12,978 bases of DNA from a virus. How positions within the stretch are numbered: position 1 is the first letter of the stretch; every line of letters begins with the position of its first letter. The notes beneath the pieces were generated by a model that saw only the letters and a program-made list of their open reading frames with translations, was not told the DNA's origin and searched no databases. Location: the UHGV virus genome UHGV-1798460. One strand, given 5' to 3'. Positions 1-6,528 of this stretch are shown piece after piece. A program made the translations under genes and the position numbers.

Positions 1-137
1 TGAAAAAACTGACGTTCACTGGAGTGGTCGGTTTAGCGTTGCACCAATGCTCGATAGGATGTATCGTTTTTGAAAAACAATTGGTTATGTGTTTTGTGGG
101 AGCCTATTGGGAACCTATCAAAAGATTTTTTGTCATA

Positions 138-161
138 ACAGTGTCAGATGCAAAACACTGT
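138..161. promoter_or_regulatory. 7-bp inverted repeat ACAGTGT-N10-ACACTGT just upstream of the -35 of the module promoter; candidate regulator binding site
   Basis: Read directly: acagtgt at 138-144 and its reverse complement acactgt at 155-161, 10-nt spacer. Confidence 0.3.
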
Positions 162-174
162 GATGGTCGCTTTG

Positions 175-203
175 TTGACATCGCAACTTCTGCAGGTATA
201 ATT
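175..203 (+). promoter_or_regulatory. Consensus sigma70 promoter (TTGACA-17 nt-TATAAT) for the Panacea/membrane-protein operon
   Basis: TTGACA at 175-180, 17-nt spacer 181-197, TATAAT at 198-203; predicted TSS near 210, leaving a roughly 150-nt leader before the ATG at 360. Confidence 0.6.
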
Positions 204-359
204 CGCCACCAATTTGTAACCTGTGTATATGTACAGTCATTTGCTGGTTATAAACACAGTGAATTGCTCTTGCAATCTTCCAAAACTTTTTTGTTCGTGT
301 TAGGTTGAGATAACAGTGATGATACTGTTTGCACATTCAGTGTAATGAGGAGGGTGGTT

Positions 360-833
360 ATGTACAGTCCGGTACAAATAGCCAATAAATTCATAACGTT
401 GGGAAACCAACATCATAATCCTCTGACCCACATGCAACTGCAGAAGCTTACTTATATTGCCCATGGTTACTATTTAGCATTAACAGGTAAGCCTTTGCTC
501 AATGAATGTGTCTCCGCGTGGAAGTACGGTCCAGTTATTCCTGGAATGTACGATGCTTTCAAAGACTATGGGAATAAACCTGTTACGAATGTAGCAGTAG
601 CTCCTTTTGGTGGCATCGTTACTATGGATCCGCAAGCAGAGAGCATTATCGGGGCTGTTTATAAGTTTTACGGCTCGAAAAATGGAATTGAGTTATCAAC
701 TCTAACTCATATGCCAGGTACGCCTTGGTCACAAGCTTATAATGGTATTGGCTCGTCAATCATCTCAAATGATGCGATCAAGGCTTATTATCATGATTTA
801 TTGAATAACCGACAGCAATGTCAGGGCCTCTGA
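360..833 (+). CDS. DUF4065 / Panacea-domain protein (PanA-like putative antitoxin; SocA/GepA family)
   Basis: ORF track 345-833; preferred start is the ATG at 360, 6 nt after GAGGAGG (347-353). The N-terminal pattern LQKLTYIAHGYYLALTGKPLLNECVSAWKYGPVIPGMYDAFKDYG matches my memory of the DUF4065 core (LQKL.Y.A.G..L....PL......AW..GPV....Y..FK.YG). Confidence 0.7.
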   Translation: MYSPVQIANKFITLGNQHHNPLTHMQLQKLTYIAHGYYLALTGKPLLNECVSAWKYGPVIPGMYDAFKDYGNKPVTNVAVAPFGGIVTMDPQAESIIGAVYKFYGSKNGIELSTLTHMPGTPWSQAYNGIGSSIISNDAIKAYYHDLLNNRQQCQGL

Positions 834-854
834 AAAGTAATATTCAGGGATGAC

Positions 855-1403
855 ATGTCTCACAATTCAGATATTTATAAACTTATCGGAGCGGCCGCAG
901 GTGTTGAAAATGGTCGCTCTGAAGCATCCTTAAACTCTACTGACAGTCAAGAACAGGTTTTTAAATCTGCATTTGAGCCGTCTAATCATGAGAGCGACGA
1001 TGATTCTTCTTCAGAAAATAAAGCTATTCTGGAGGCAGAAGAGTTTGGTTCTAATACTGGTGCATTGCATGAGTTTATGCAGCAGAACAGAATGGACAGT
1101 CTTCAAGCTCAGCTTGATATGCTCAAATCACAAGTACGGGATAAGATAGCTGACGCAACTGGTAAAGAAATAGACAATGAGCTTCGGACAAAAATGGCCT
1201 CATTCACGGTTTGGTTTATGTCGTGTTGGTGCTTATTCGTTGTCGCAATGTTTACATCGTTTCTTATTGCACATGAAGGAAAGCCTCCAGTTGAAGCGAT
1301 CGTTGCATTACTAGGTACAAGTACAATTAGTATTGTTGGTTTGGTTGGTTTCGTTGTTAGTGGATTGTTCAAATCAAGAAAAGATAGTGATAAAGAAAAA
1401 TAA
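855..1403 (+). CDS. Membrane protein: acidic, Ser/Asp-rich N-terminus, coiled-coil segment, two C-terminal TM helices; candidate toxin/effector partner of the Panacea protein
   Basis: ATG at 855 lies 21 nt after the upstream stop, with a GGGA RBS. Hydrophobic stretches FTVWFMSCWCLFVVAMFTSFLIA and IVALLGTSTISIVGLVGFVVSGLF are followed by a basic tail KSRKDSDKEK. Confidence 0.6.
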   Translation: MSHNSDIYKLIGAAAGVENGRSEASLNSTDSQEQVFKSAFEPSNHESDDDSSSENKAILEAEEFGSNTGALHEFMQQNRMDSLQAQLDMLKSQVRDKIADATGKEIDNELRTKMASFTVWFMSCWCLFVVAMFTSFLIAHEGKPPVEAIVALLGTSTISIVGLVGFVVSGLFKSRKDSDKEK

Positions 1404-1421
1404 CCCGTACATATACGGGTT
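1402..1421. terminator. Bidirectional rho-independent terminator between the convergent Panacea module and the leftward early operon
   Basis: Perfect 8-bp stem AACCCGTA/TACGGGTT with a 4-nt loop. On the minus strand it is followed by ATTTTTCTTTAT, on the plus strand by a T-rich AGTTTTAGTTTAGTT. Confidence 0.65.
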
Positions 1422-1436
1422 ATCCATAGTTTTAGT

Positions 1437-1709
1437 TTAGTTATATTTTTGTTTTTCCGTTCTGACTTTTTCCCACTCAGCTCGCCCTTCTTCCCGTCTT
1501 TTGTCAATATATTCCGCAAGATCCTGAATGTTGATGCAGCGTTTTGCTTTTTGTGATGTACCGATGCGATATGTAGGTACAGGCAACTTACAAGCGTTTG
1601 CTTTTGCTTCTGCTGTGGCTGGACTCATACCAAAGTATTTTTGACTAACTGCTGAGAGTTCAATGTTAGGGGTATTGAATTCAGCCATCAGTAAAAACAA
1701 GGTGTTCAT
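1437..1709 (-). CDS. PrtN-like / excisionase-like small DNA-binding protein
   Basis: ATG at 1709 with a GGAG RBS 6 nt upstream (MNTLFLLMAEFNTPNIELSAVSQKYFGMSPATAEAKANACKLPVPTYRIG...). The family assignment is from memory of enterobacterial prophage annotations, not a search. Confidence 0.5.
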   Translation of the reverse strand: MNTLFLLMAEFNTPNIELSAVSQKYFGMSPATAEAKANACKLPVPTYRIGTSQKAKRCINIQDLAEYIDKRREEGRAEWEKVRTEKQKYN

Positions 1710-1745
1710 AATTTTCTCCATCAAAACCGGCTGCACCCGGGAAAA

Positions 1746-2318
1746 TCATAATTCTGTGCTGGTGGCAGAAATTAATTTCTGCCAGATAGCGGAAACATAT
1801 TTTGCCTGATGACGGGCATCGGCCAGGGCGTTGTGCCGTTCGCCATCGAAAGGCATGTCCATTTTGGGGTCGAATCCGATGGAACGCCCAAGCGTAACGA
1901 TCGTGCGTACATCGTGGTCATTCCAGTATGCCCACGGGCAGATTTGTCCTGCTCGCTCATAAGCTCCACGTAAAATTACGTTGTCGAAGGTGGCCCCGTT
2001 ACCCCAGACTTTTAAATATTTTGTATTGTCTGCATGCTGATTAATGAAATGGCTCAGTTCAGAGAGTGCATCGCTGATCGACAAAGTATCATCAATACAG
2101 ATTGCAGCTCGTGCTTCAGGGCTCTGTTTCAACCACCACAGGATGGTATCGCCGTCAGGTGTGGCCCCTTGCTCCATAGCACTTTCCAGGCTGACAACCG
2201 TATAGAATTCTTGTCCGATGTCTCCGGTTTCTGGGGTGAAGAACACCGCGCCAATGGAAACGATTGGAGCATCCTTATTTTTCCCCATCGTCTCAAGGTC
2301 GATCATTAAGTTGTTCAT
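1746..2318 (-). CDS. DnaQ-like (DEDDh) 3'-5' exonuclease
   Basis: Start ATG at 2318 preceded by GGAGGTGAAG; its A is shared with the upstream TGA stop. Exo I-like motif MIDLETMG at the N-terminus and H-x4-D motif HNALADARHQ near the C-terminus. Confidence 0.75.
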   Translation of the reverse strand: MNNLMIDLETMGKNKDAPIVSIGAVFFTPETGDIGQEFYTVVSLESAMEQGATPDGDTILWWLKQSPEARAAICIDDTLSISDALSELSHFINQHADNTKYLKVWGNGATFDNVILRGAYERAGQICPWAYWNDHDVRTIVTLGRSIGFDPKMDMPFDGERHNALADARHQAKYVSAIWQKLISATSTEL

Positions 2319-2599
2319 CACTTCACCTCCTGCGGCGGTTCTTGTATTGGCATCGACTGAGCTATATATAGCGGCTGAACATACCAGCCCTTTGATAACC
2401 AACTGTCAGCAACGTTTTTACTTCTGGTTATTGCTGGAATACCCAAGCCATTGTCTGAATGCAGCCATGCCACCGGTTCTGCTTCCAGCGAGGCTAACGC
2501 TATTTCATAAGCTCGGCGCTCAATATTGTCTCGCACGTCCAAGCTGCCTATGCGCTCTTTGATTTCTTTAATCAGTTCTTTGTCGGTAAAAGTGGTCAT
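2318..2599 (-). CDS. Hypothetical phage early protein (93 aa)
   Basis: ATG at 2599 with an AAGGAG RBS 7 nt upstream; stop TGA shares one base with the exonuclease ATG (TGATG). Confidence 0.55.
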   Translation of the reverse strand: MTTFTDKELIKEIKERIGSLDVRDNIERRAYEIALASLEAEPVAWLHSDNGLGIPAITRSKNVADSWLSKGWYVQPLYIAQSMPIQEPPQEVK

Positions 2600-2609
2600 G
2601 TGTTACTCC

Positions 2610-2873
2610 TTAACCCGCAGTGCTTTCAACTGACGAGGGGAACAAAATCTTTTCATCAAATCCGGCATTCATATCATGGACAGCAACACACCAATCCATT
2701 GACGAACGATTATCAAGAGCCTCCATGATTTCATCCATGCGGCGTAGGTCATACAGGTAAATATTTTTATCGCCAATGGTGTAAAAACCAATTTTTTTCG
2801 GTGATGGACAGCGATCAATAACGTCCTGTAATTCGTTCAACCATGCCTGTTCTTTTTTTGTCAAAGTTGCCAT
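2610..2873 (-). CDS. Hypothetical phage protein (about 87 aa, MATLTKKEQAWLNELQDV...)
   Basis: Internal ATG at 2873 preceded by AAGGAA. The longer ORF-track version (to 2963) would overlap the neighbouring gene and lacks an RBS. Confidence 0.5.
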   Translation of the reverse strand: MATLTKKEQAWLNELQDVIDRCPSPKKIGFYTIGDKNIYLYDLRRMDEIMEALDNRSSMDWCVAVHDMNAGFDEKILFPSSVESTAG

Positions 2874-2874
2874 A

Positions 2875-3093
2875 TCAGTTTTCCTTATACGGATTAATTT
2901 TATTGTGCAGTGTGTTGAACGACGCCCATACCACGTCGTTATACAATTCAATAACTGGCTCAATTATTTTCCCGATTGCCCAGACAAAAATTAGCGGGGA
3001 TATCGGTATCATCAACACGATAAACAGAATGAGAAACAGGAATTCTGTCGTTCTACTCTTTCGCGGATATTCTTTTCTGAATAATGTCGGCAC
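2875..3093 (-). CDS. Small membrane protein (72 aa, one strongly hydrophobic helix)
   Basis: GTG start at 3093 after AAAGGAGAG. Hydrophobic segment FLFLILFIVLMIPISPLIFVWAIG. The region is AT-rich. A plus-strand ORF (2843-3130) overlaps it and is judged antisense noise. Confidence 0.45.
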   Translation of the reverse strand: MPTLFRKEYPRKSRTTEFLFLILFIVLMIPISPLIFVWAIGKIIEPVIELYNDVVWASFNTLHNKINPYKEN

Positions 3094-3094
3094 A

Positions 3095-3424
3095 TCACTC
3101 TCCTTTGATGCGAATGCCAGCGACGCGTAGTGCGTGTTCTAAGTCAATCAGGCAAAGCCAACTGCCATTTTCTTTAGGTATCATGACATGTCGCTTATCA
3201 GCATTTATTGGGTGTCCATATCGAAGGTCGTAGCGAGTCGGTAATTGAACTTCCCTCGCTTCCAGTTCTGTAATGCGTTTGTTTTTAGCTTCTAGTTCAT
3301 CCAGCAGCGCCAGCACAACCTGCGGTGTGACTTTCATACGAAATGCCAGCAATTTTTGTGGTGTGGCTACTATTTTTATTGCTTCTGCCGCCTCACGCAG
3401 TGCCTGATAGTTAATTTTGGTCAT
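3095..3424 (-). CDS. Hypothetical phage protein (109 aa, coiled-coil segment)
   Basis: ATG at 3424, 1 nt after the upstream TGA, with AGGGTGA upstream. Confidence 0.55.
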   Translation of the reverse strand: MTKINYQALREAAEAIKIVATPQKLLAFRMKVTPQVVLALLDELEAKNKRITELEAREVQLPTRYDLRYGHPINADKRHVMIPKENGSWLCLIDLEHALRVAGIRIKGE

Positions 3425-3425
3425 A

Positions 3426-3725
3426 TCACATCACCCTGAAGCCGTTGCATTTACGTAAGAAATCGCAGATATAGCCCTTCATTTTTTCATGCCAATCTCG
3501 ATCATTCCCATTGCACCAACCATCAGGTGGAGTCCAGTTTTCTATCAGAGCAGCCATTTTCTTTGCTTTCGCCGGAGTAGCTGTTGCGGTATCGCAGTAA
3601 TGACGAGTGTCAACCAACGAATCCATACCATCGATATCAAGTACGCAAAACCATGTGTGATTCGGAATTCCTACAGGTGGTATTTGTTGCCCACGTCGAC
3701 GTTTATCAATAAGATATACACTCAC
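3426..3725 (-). CDS. Hypothetical phage protein (about 99 aa); start inferred at GTG 3725
   Basis: The ORF track extends to 3917, but that stretch is occupied by the Lar-like gene in another frame. AAGGAGG sits 6 nt upstream of the GTG at 3725, inside the Lar 3' end. The internal ATG at 3626 is an alternative start. Confidence 0.4.
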   Translation of the reverse strand: MSVYLIDKRRRGQQIPPVGIPNHTWFCVLDIDGMDSLVDTRHYCDTATATPAKAKKMAALIENWTPPDGWCNGNDRDWHEKMKGYICDFLRKCNGFRVM

Positions 3726-3945
3726 TGGTTGCCTCCTTTGCTCGCTGATTCCACTCAGCTCTAACCTCTGAATAAAAAATCGCGCAGTCATTTCTAGGCG
3801 CTGCATATTTGCTACCAGATTGAGCGCGACACGTACCGCATCGAACGAAATAGAATCGACCGCCAGAGCCATATTCAGGGTGATCTGCTTCGCTGGCAAC
3901 GTGCGCTGCACCGCCACAGAATGGACATGGTAGTAGGTTGCTCAT
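3706..3945 (-). CDS. Lar-family restriction alleviation protein (zinc-ribbon CPFCG...CGTC)
   Basis: ATG at 3945 with AAGGGAG 7 nt upstream and an ATGA overlap with the upstream gene stop. Product [16 protein letters not shown]...FVRCGTCRAQ resembles the Lar/Ral-type small Cys-rich proteins of Rac-like prophages. Confidence 0.6.
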   Translation of the reverse strand: MSNLLPCPFCGGAAHVASEADHPEYGSGGRFYFVRCGTCRAQSGSKYAAPRNDCAIFYSEVRAEWNQRAKEATSECISY

Positions 3946-4502
3946 GAATGCACTCCCTTGTGAAGCTGTTCCGCACAATGCAGCAGGGCGTCAGTCGCCT
4001 CTTTCACCGTAACGCAGTCGCCATCGTCCAGCCCGGACACCGACGCGTGCTTAACGAACGCCGCGCAAAGGTCATCAAACGCCTTAGCCCGGACTTCAGC
4101 CAGGAAAGCATCGGTGGCTGGGGTGTCTGATTGCATAGACTTTGCGCGATAATCATTCCACCCTCTTGCATATATGGGATTAACTTGCACTCCATCTTTT
4201 ACGCAATATGCCTGCCCTCCACGGTTGATAACCTTGATTTCGTCCATAGCGCCAGACTTCAGCCCCGCATTCTCCGCCGACAGCGCTGAAAACTTCTCGT
4301 GTGCCAACTTAACAGCCGCATCAGCCTGCTTAATTGACTCAATCGCTCTCTGTTGGTCTTCGGACAGAGCCGAAATCCTGGCCTCCGCTTCAGCAAATTT
4401 ACGCACAAGATATTCAGCGTTTGTTTCGTTAACCTTTAAATCTCGTGGGATGCATTTACCTTTCAGAAATCCATCCATCTCAATTAGTGACATTTGTTTC
4501 AT
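3942..4502 (-). CDS. Ead/Ea22-like phage early protein (186 aa; coiled-coil N-terminal half)
   Basis: ATG at 4502 in an ATGA overlap with the upstream stop. The family name is a tentative recollection; the function is unknown either way. Confidence 0.5.
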   Translation of the reverse strand: MKQMSLIEMDGFLKGKCIPRDLKVNETNAEYLVRKFAEAEARISALSEDQQRAIESIKQADAAVKLAHEKFSALSAENAGLKSGAMDEIKVINRGGQAYCVKDGVQVNPIYARGWNDYRAKSMQSDTPATDAFLAEVRAKAFDDLCAAFVKHASVSGLDDGDCVTVKEATDALLHCAEQLHKGVHS

Positions 4503-4663
4503 TTCTTCCCACTCCGCAACATCGCATTCAGATATTTGTTTTGATTCACTGACGGAAAAGAATTTCTCTTTAGCAATTCCTCTCTCGATGGCATTGGCTT
4601 TACGCGTTGGCGAATAATCATTTCTGCCGGAAGAATGCTGGGATTGTATGCAAGTCCTCTCAT
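4499..4663 (-). CDS. Small hypothetical protein (54 aa)
   Basis: ATG at 4663 with GAGGAA 8 nt upstream. The longer ORF-track version overlaps the upstream gene and is rejected. Confidence 0.35.
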   Translation of the reverse strand: MRGLAYNPSILPAEMIIRQRVKPMPSREELLKRNSFPSVNQNKYLNAMLRSGKK

Positions 4664-4673
4664 GGTAAATTCC

Positions 4674-4967
4674 TCAGTCATTACTGATAGCGCCATAGCG
4701 TGAGCGGTAATTACGCAGGCGCGGGTCAATTTCAGGGAAGTGGGTATATGTGGCTTTGCGGAATGGTCGGATTGATGTCTGGTAAATTCGCTCGCGTTCT
4801 TCTTTCTCTGCAAGCCATATACAATGGCGAAATTCCTTTTCCTCTTTCGTTTCCTGCGGTAGCGACCTTATCAGGTCGTAGTTTTTTCTGAATTTATCCA
4901 GCACCTCCGATACGGAATTGCCGGAACAGCGGCGCGGGTCATCCGCACCATACAGAGGCGCTGGCAT
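4674..4967 (-). CDS. Hypothetical phage protein (97 aa, highly charged)
   Basis: ATG at 4967 with a TAAGGA RBS. Confidence 0.5.
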   Translation of the reverse strand: MPAPLYGADDPRRCSGNSVSEVLDKFRKNYDLIRSLPQETKEEKEFRHCIWLAEKEERERIYQTSIRPFRKATYTHFPEIDPRLRNYRSRYGAISND

Positions 4968-4990
4968 AATGGAATCCTTATGTTGCTACT

Positions 4991-5374
4991 TTAGAAGGGA
5001 ATTGAATCGTCGTATTCAGGATGATTTTGATGATTGCTACTTTGCTGCTGTTGGCTGTTTCCTGAGGTTGCAAATCCAATCTTTGCATTCAGTAATTCAA
5101 GAGTGATTGATTGACCATTTTGCCCCTGATAAACATCAACCCTGATGTTTTCTCCGGTAATTTCTACAATGCCACCTTCAACAAGAACACTACGGTAGTA
5201 ATCCGCTTGCGCTCCCGGCTTGGCAAATACAACGGCGCTGTAGTTTGTCCATTCTTTCTTTTTTGTCTGGCGATCGTAATACTGAACGCCAGCACGGATG
5301 TTGAATCCGATATTTTCCCCGGCCTGAAACTCTCTTGCGGGCTTGTTTAGTCTTACAGTAATCGAATGTGCCAT
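4991..5374 (-). CDS. Phage single-stranded DNA-binding protein (SSB-like; C-terminal acidic tail ...EYDDSIPF)
   Basis: ATG at 5374 shares a base with the erf stop (TAATG), GAAGGAG RBS. The C-terminus has a Gln/Ser-rich linker then DDSIPF, matching the E. coli SSB tip DDDIPF. It sits immediately downstream of erf. Confidence 0.65.
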   Translation of the reverse strand: MAHSITVRLNKPAREFQAGENIGFNIRAGVQYYDRQTKKKEWTNYSAVVFAKPGAQADYYRSVLVEGGIVEITGENIRVDVYQGQNGQSITLELLNAKIGFATSGNSQQQQSSNHQNHPEYDDSIPF

Positions 5375-5979
5375 TAAGCAGCCGCTCCTTCTAATTCGTC
5401 TCGTCTGATGTTGTAAACGTCCTGCGCTTTGTGCTGCTCCGGTGTGCCTTCGAGCATCTTCCACGCTTTGGCGAACGCCTGTTTAAGCTCTTCTACGGTG
5501 TTTTTCTGCATTGCTGCGTCAGTGAATGCTTTTAGAACCTGTTCAGGTGTAGGTGATGGTTTTGATTGCTTTGCTGCTGCGTTCTGCTGATGTTTATGCT
5601 CGTCGGTATCTGCATCTTTCGCATCATCAATGCCGAACAAACCATTGAGGCAATACTTGCGTGCATAAGAGCTTGTAGCTCCCGTAACTTGTGCAGAATC
5701 CATTCCTTTCTTGCTTTCTTCCTCTCGTGCAAGAGCGGTTGCTGTATGACTGTTTTCGCCATCGGTAATAGTTGCCGTGGCTTTCACGTAATACCGATCA
5801 CCAATCAAAACAACTTCATCGCTGATTGATAAAAACAGGCCATTCAGTAACGGCTTAACGCCTTCAAGAATGTCTTCGCAGCTTCTGTATTTATATTTAC
5901 CGAATGAGTTGTACTGATTTTTTGGCGCGTTCAGATTCTCCTGAATGGCTGCCAGTCTTGCGTAAAATTCTTTGCTCAT
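5374..5979 (-). CDS. erf: Erf-family single-strand annealing recombinase
   Basis: First ATG at 5979 gives MSKEFYARLAAIQENLNAPKNQYNSFGKYKYRSCEDILEGVKPLL..., recognised as the P22 Erf-type N-terminal domain. The ORF-track TTG start at 6009 is less likely. Confidence 0.8.
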   Translation of the reverse strand: MSKEFYARLAAIQENLNAPKNQYNSFGKYKYRSCEDILEGVKPLLNGLFLSISDEVVLIGDRYYVKATATITDGENSHTATALAREEESKKGMDSAQVTGATSSYARKYCLNGLFGIDDAKDADTDEHKHQQNAAAKQSKPSPTPEQVLKAFTDAAMQKNTVEELKQAFAKAWKMLEGTPEQHKAQDVYNIRRDELEGAAA

Positions 5980-6068
5980 ATGTTTGTTCTCAGAATGGAC
6001 ATGGCCCAATGAAATAACGCTGATTTAATACTTCAGTCTTTGCCGCATTTAAAAATACGCGAACACCT

Positions 6069-6239
6069 TCACGATCTCCCTTCTGGCGATACATTAACGC
6101 CTGCTGCGTGTACATGCGTCTCTGTAACTTGCTCTCCTTCACTGTGGTTGCAAGTGACATGAATATCTCCTTCGTTACCGATTAATTCTTTCATCTGACG
6201 AATGAATTCTTCGTCTGACCAGTTATCTGTAAAACTCAT
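6069..6239 (-). CDS. Small acidic protein (56 aa) between kil and erf; positionally equivalent to P22 arf
   Basis: ATG at 6239 in an ATGA overlap with the kil-like stop. No sequence-based identification. Confidence 0.35.
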   Translation of the reverse strand: MSFTDNWSDEEFIRQMKELIGNEGDIHVTCNHSEGEQVTETHVHAAGVNVSPEGRS

Positions 6240-6388
6240 TTCCTGCGATACCACGGAAGGTTGATAGCTGATTTCATCTCTTTATTTGCTTCAAGCCACA
6301 TTTTTGAATCACCAATAAATCTGGCTATTACTGCTTTGTTTTGTGCTGCACGAAGCATCTGGTGATTGATGGCTATTTCATTGCGCAT
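6236..6388 (-). CDS. kil: Kil-like host cell-division inhibitor (50 aa)
   Basis: Below the ORF-track size cutoff; found by manual translation. ATG at 6388 with GAGG 7 nt upstream, overlapping the cIII 3' end as kil does in lambda. Product MRNEIAINHQMLRAAQNKAVIARFIGDSKMWLEANKEM...; the FIGD motif and position fit Kil, recalled from memory. Confidence 0.5.
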   Translation of the reverse strand: MRNEIAINHQMLRAAQNKAVIARFIGDSKMWLEANKEMKSAINLPWYRRK

Positions 6389-6504
6389 AATAAGACCTCA
6401 ACTCTTTTCCATCCGTCACGTAATTTACGGGTGATTCGTTCAAGTAAAGATTCATTTAGTTGGAAGGCACCCATGCGAGCGCCTCCCGCGATTGCGTAAA
6501 TCAT
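6373..6504 (-). CDS. cIII: CIII (FtsH/HflB protease inhibitor)
   Basis: Below the ORF-track cutoff; manual translation. ATG at 6504 with AAGGAA 6 nt upstream. The product contains ESLLERITRKLRDGWKR, which I recall as identical to the central amphipathic helix of lambda CIII. Confidence 0.75.
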   Translation of the reverse strand: MIYAIAGGARMGAFQLNESLLERITRKLRDGWKRVEVLLCAMK

Positions 6505-6528
6505 GGGTGGTTCCTTATGTTGGTTTTA

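Noticed and set aside
24-336. ORF-track ORFs 24-308 (plus) and 133-336 (minus) at the left edge
   Set aside because: They overlap the consensus promoter and leader of the Panacea operon, the products are Cys-rich and low-complexity, and no RBS was seen. The region is treated as regulatory and leader sequence.
226-1421. The leader motif GTATATGTAC (226-235) being the reverse complement of the terminator core GTACATATAC (1407-1416)
   Set aside because: It is only a 10-mer and both are partly self-complementary AT-rich sequences. This is probably coincidence rather than a long-range pairing or recombination site.
2843-3130. Plus-strand 95-aa ORF overlapping the small membrane protein gene
   Set aside because: It runs opposite to the operon and has no RBS; the minus-strand ORF has a GTG start with AAAGGAGAG upstream. 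Not fully excluded as a sieB-like opposite-strand gene.
3725-3917. N-terminal extension of the 163-aa ORF (3426-3917)
   Set aside because: It overlaps the Lar-like gene, which has a strong RBS and a recognisable Cys motif, almost entirely in another frame. The upstream start candidates (GTG 3917, ATG 3872) have no RBS.
4499-4813. Long versions of the small ORF (4499-4813), the SSB ORF (to 5464), the coiled-coil ORF (to 7551) and the exonuclease ORF (to 2402)
   Set aside because: In each case the extension overlaps the upstream gene or a terminator hairpin, while an internal ATG with a good RBS sits at the coupled position.
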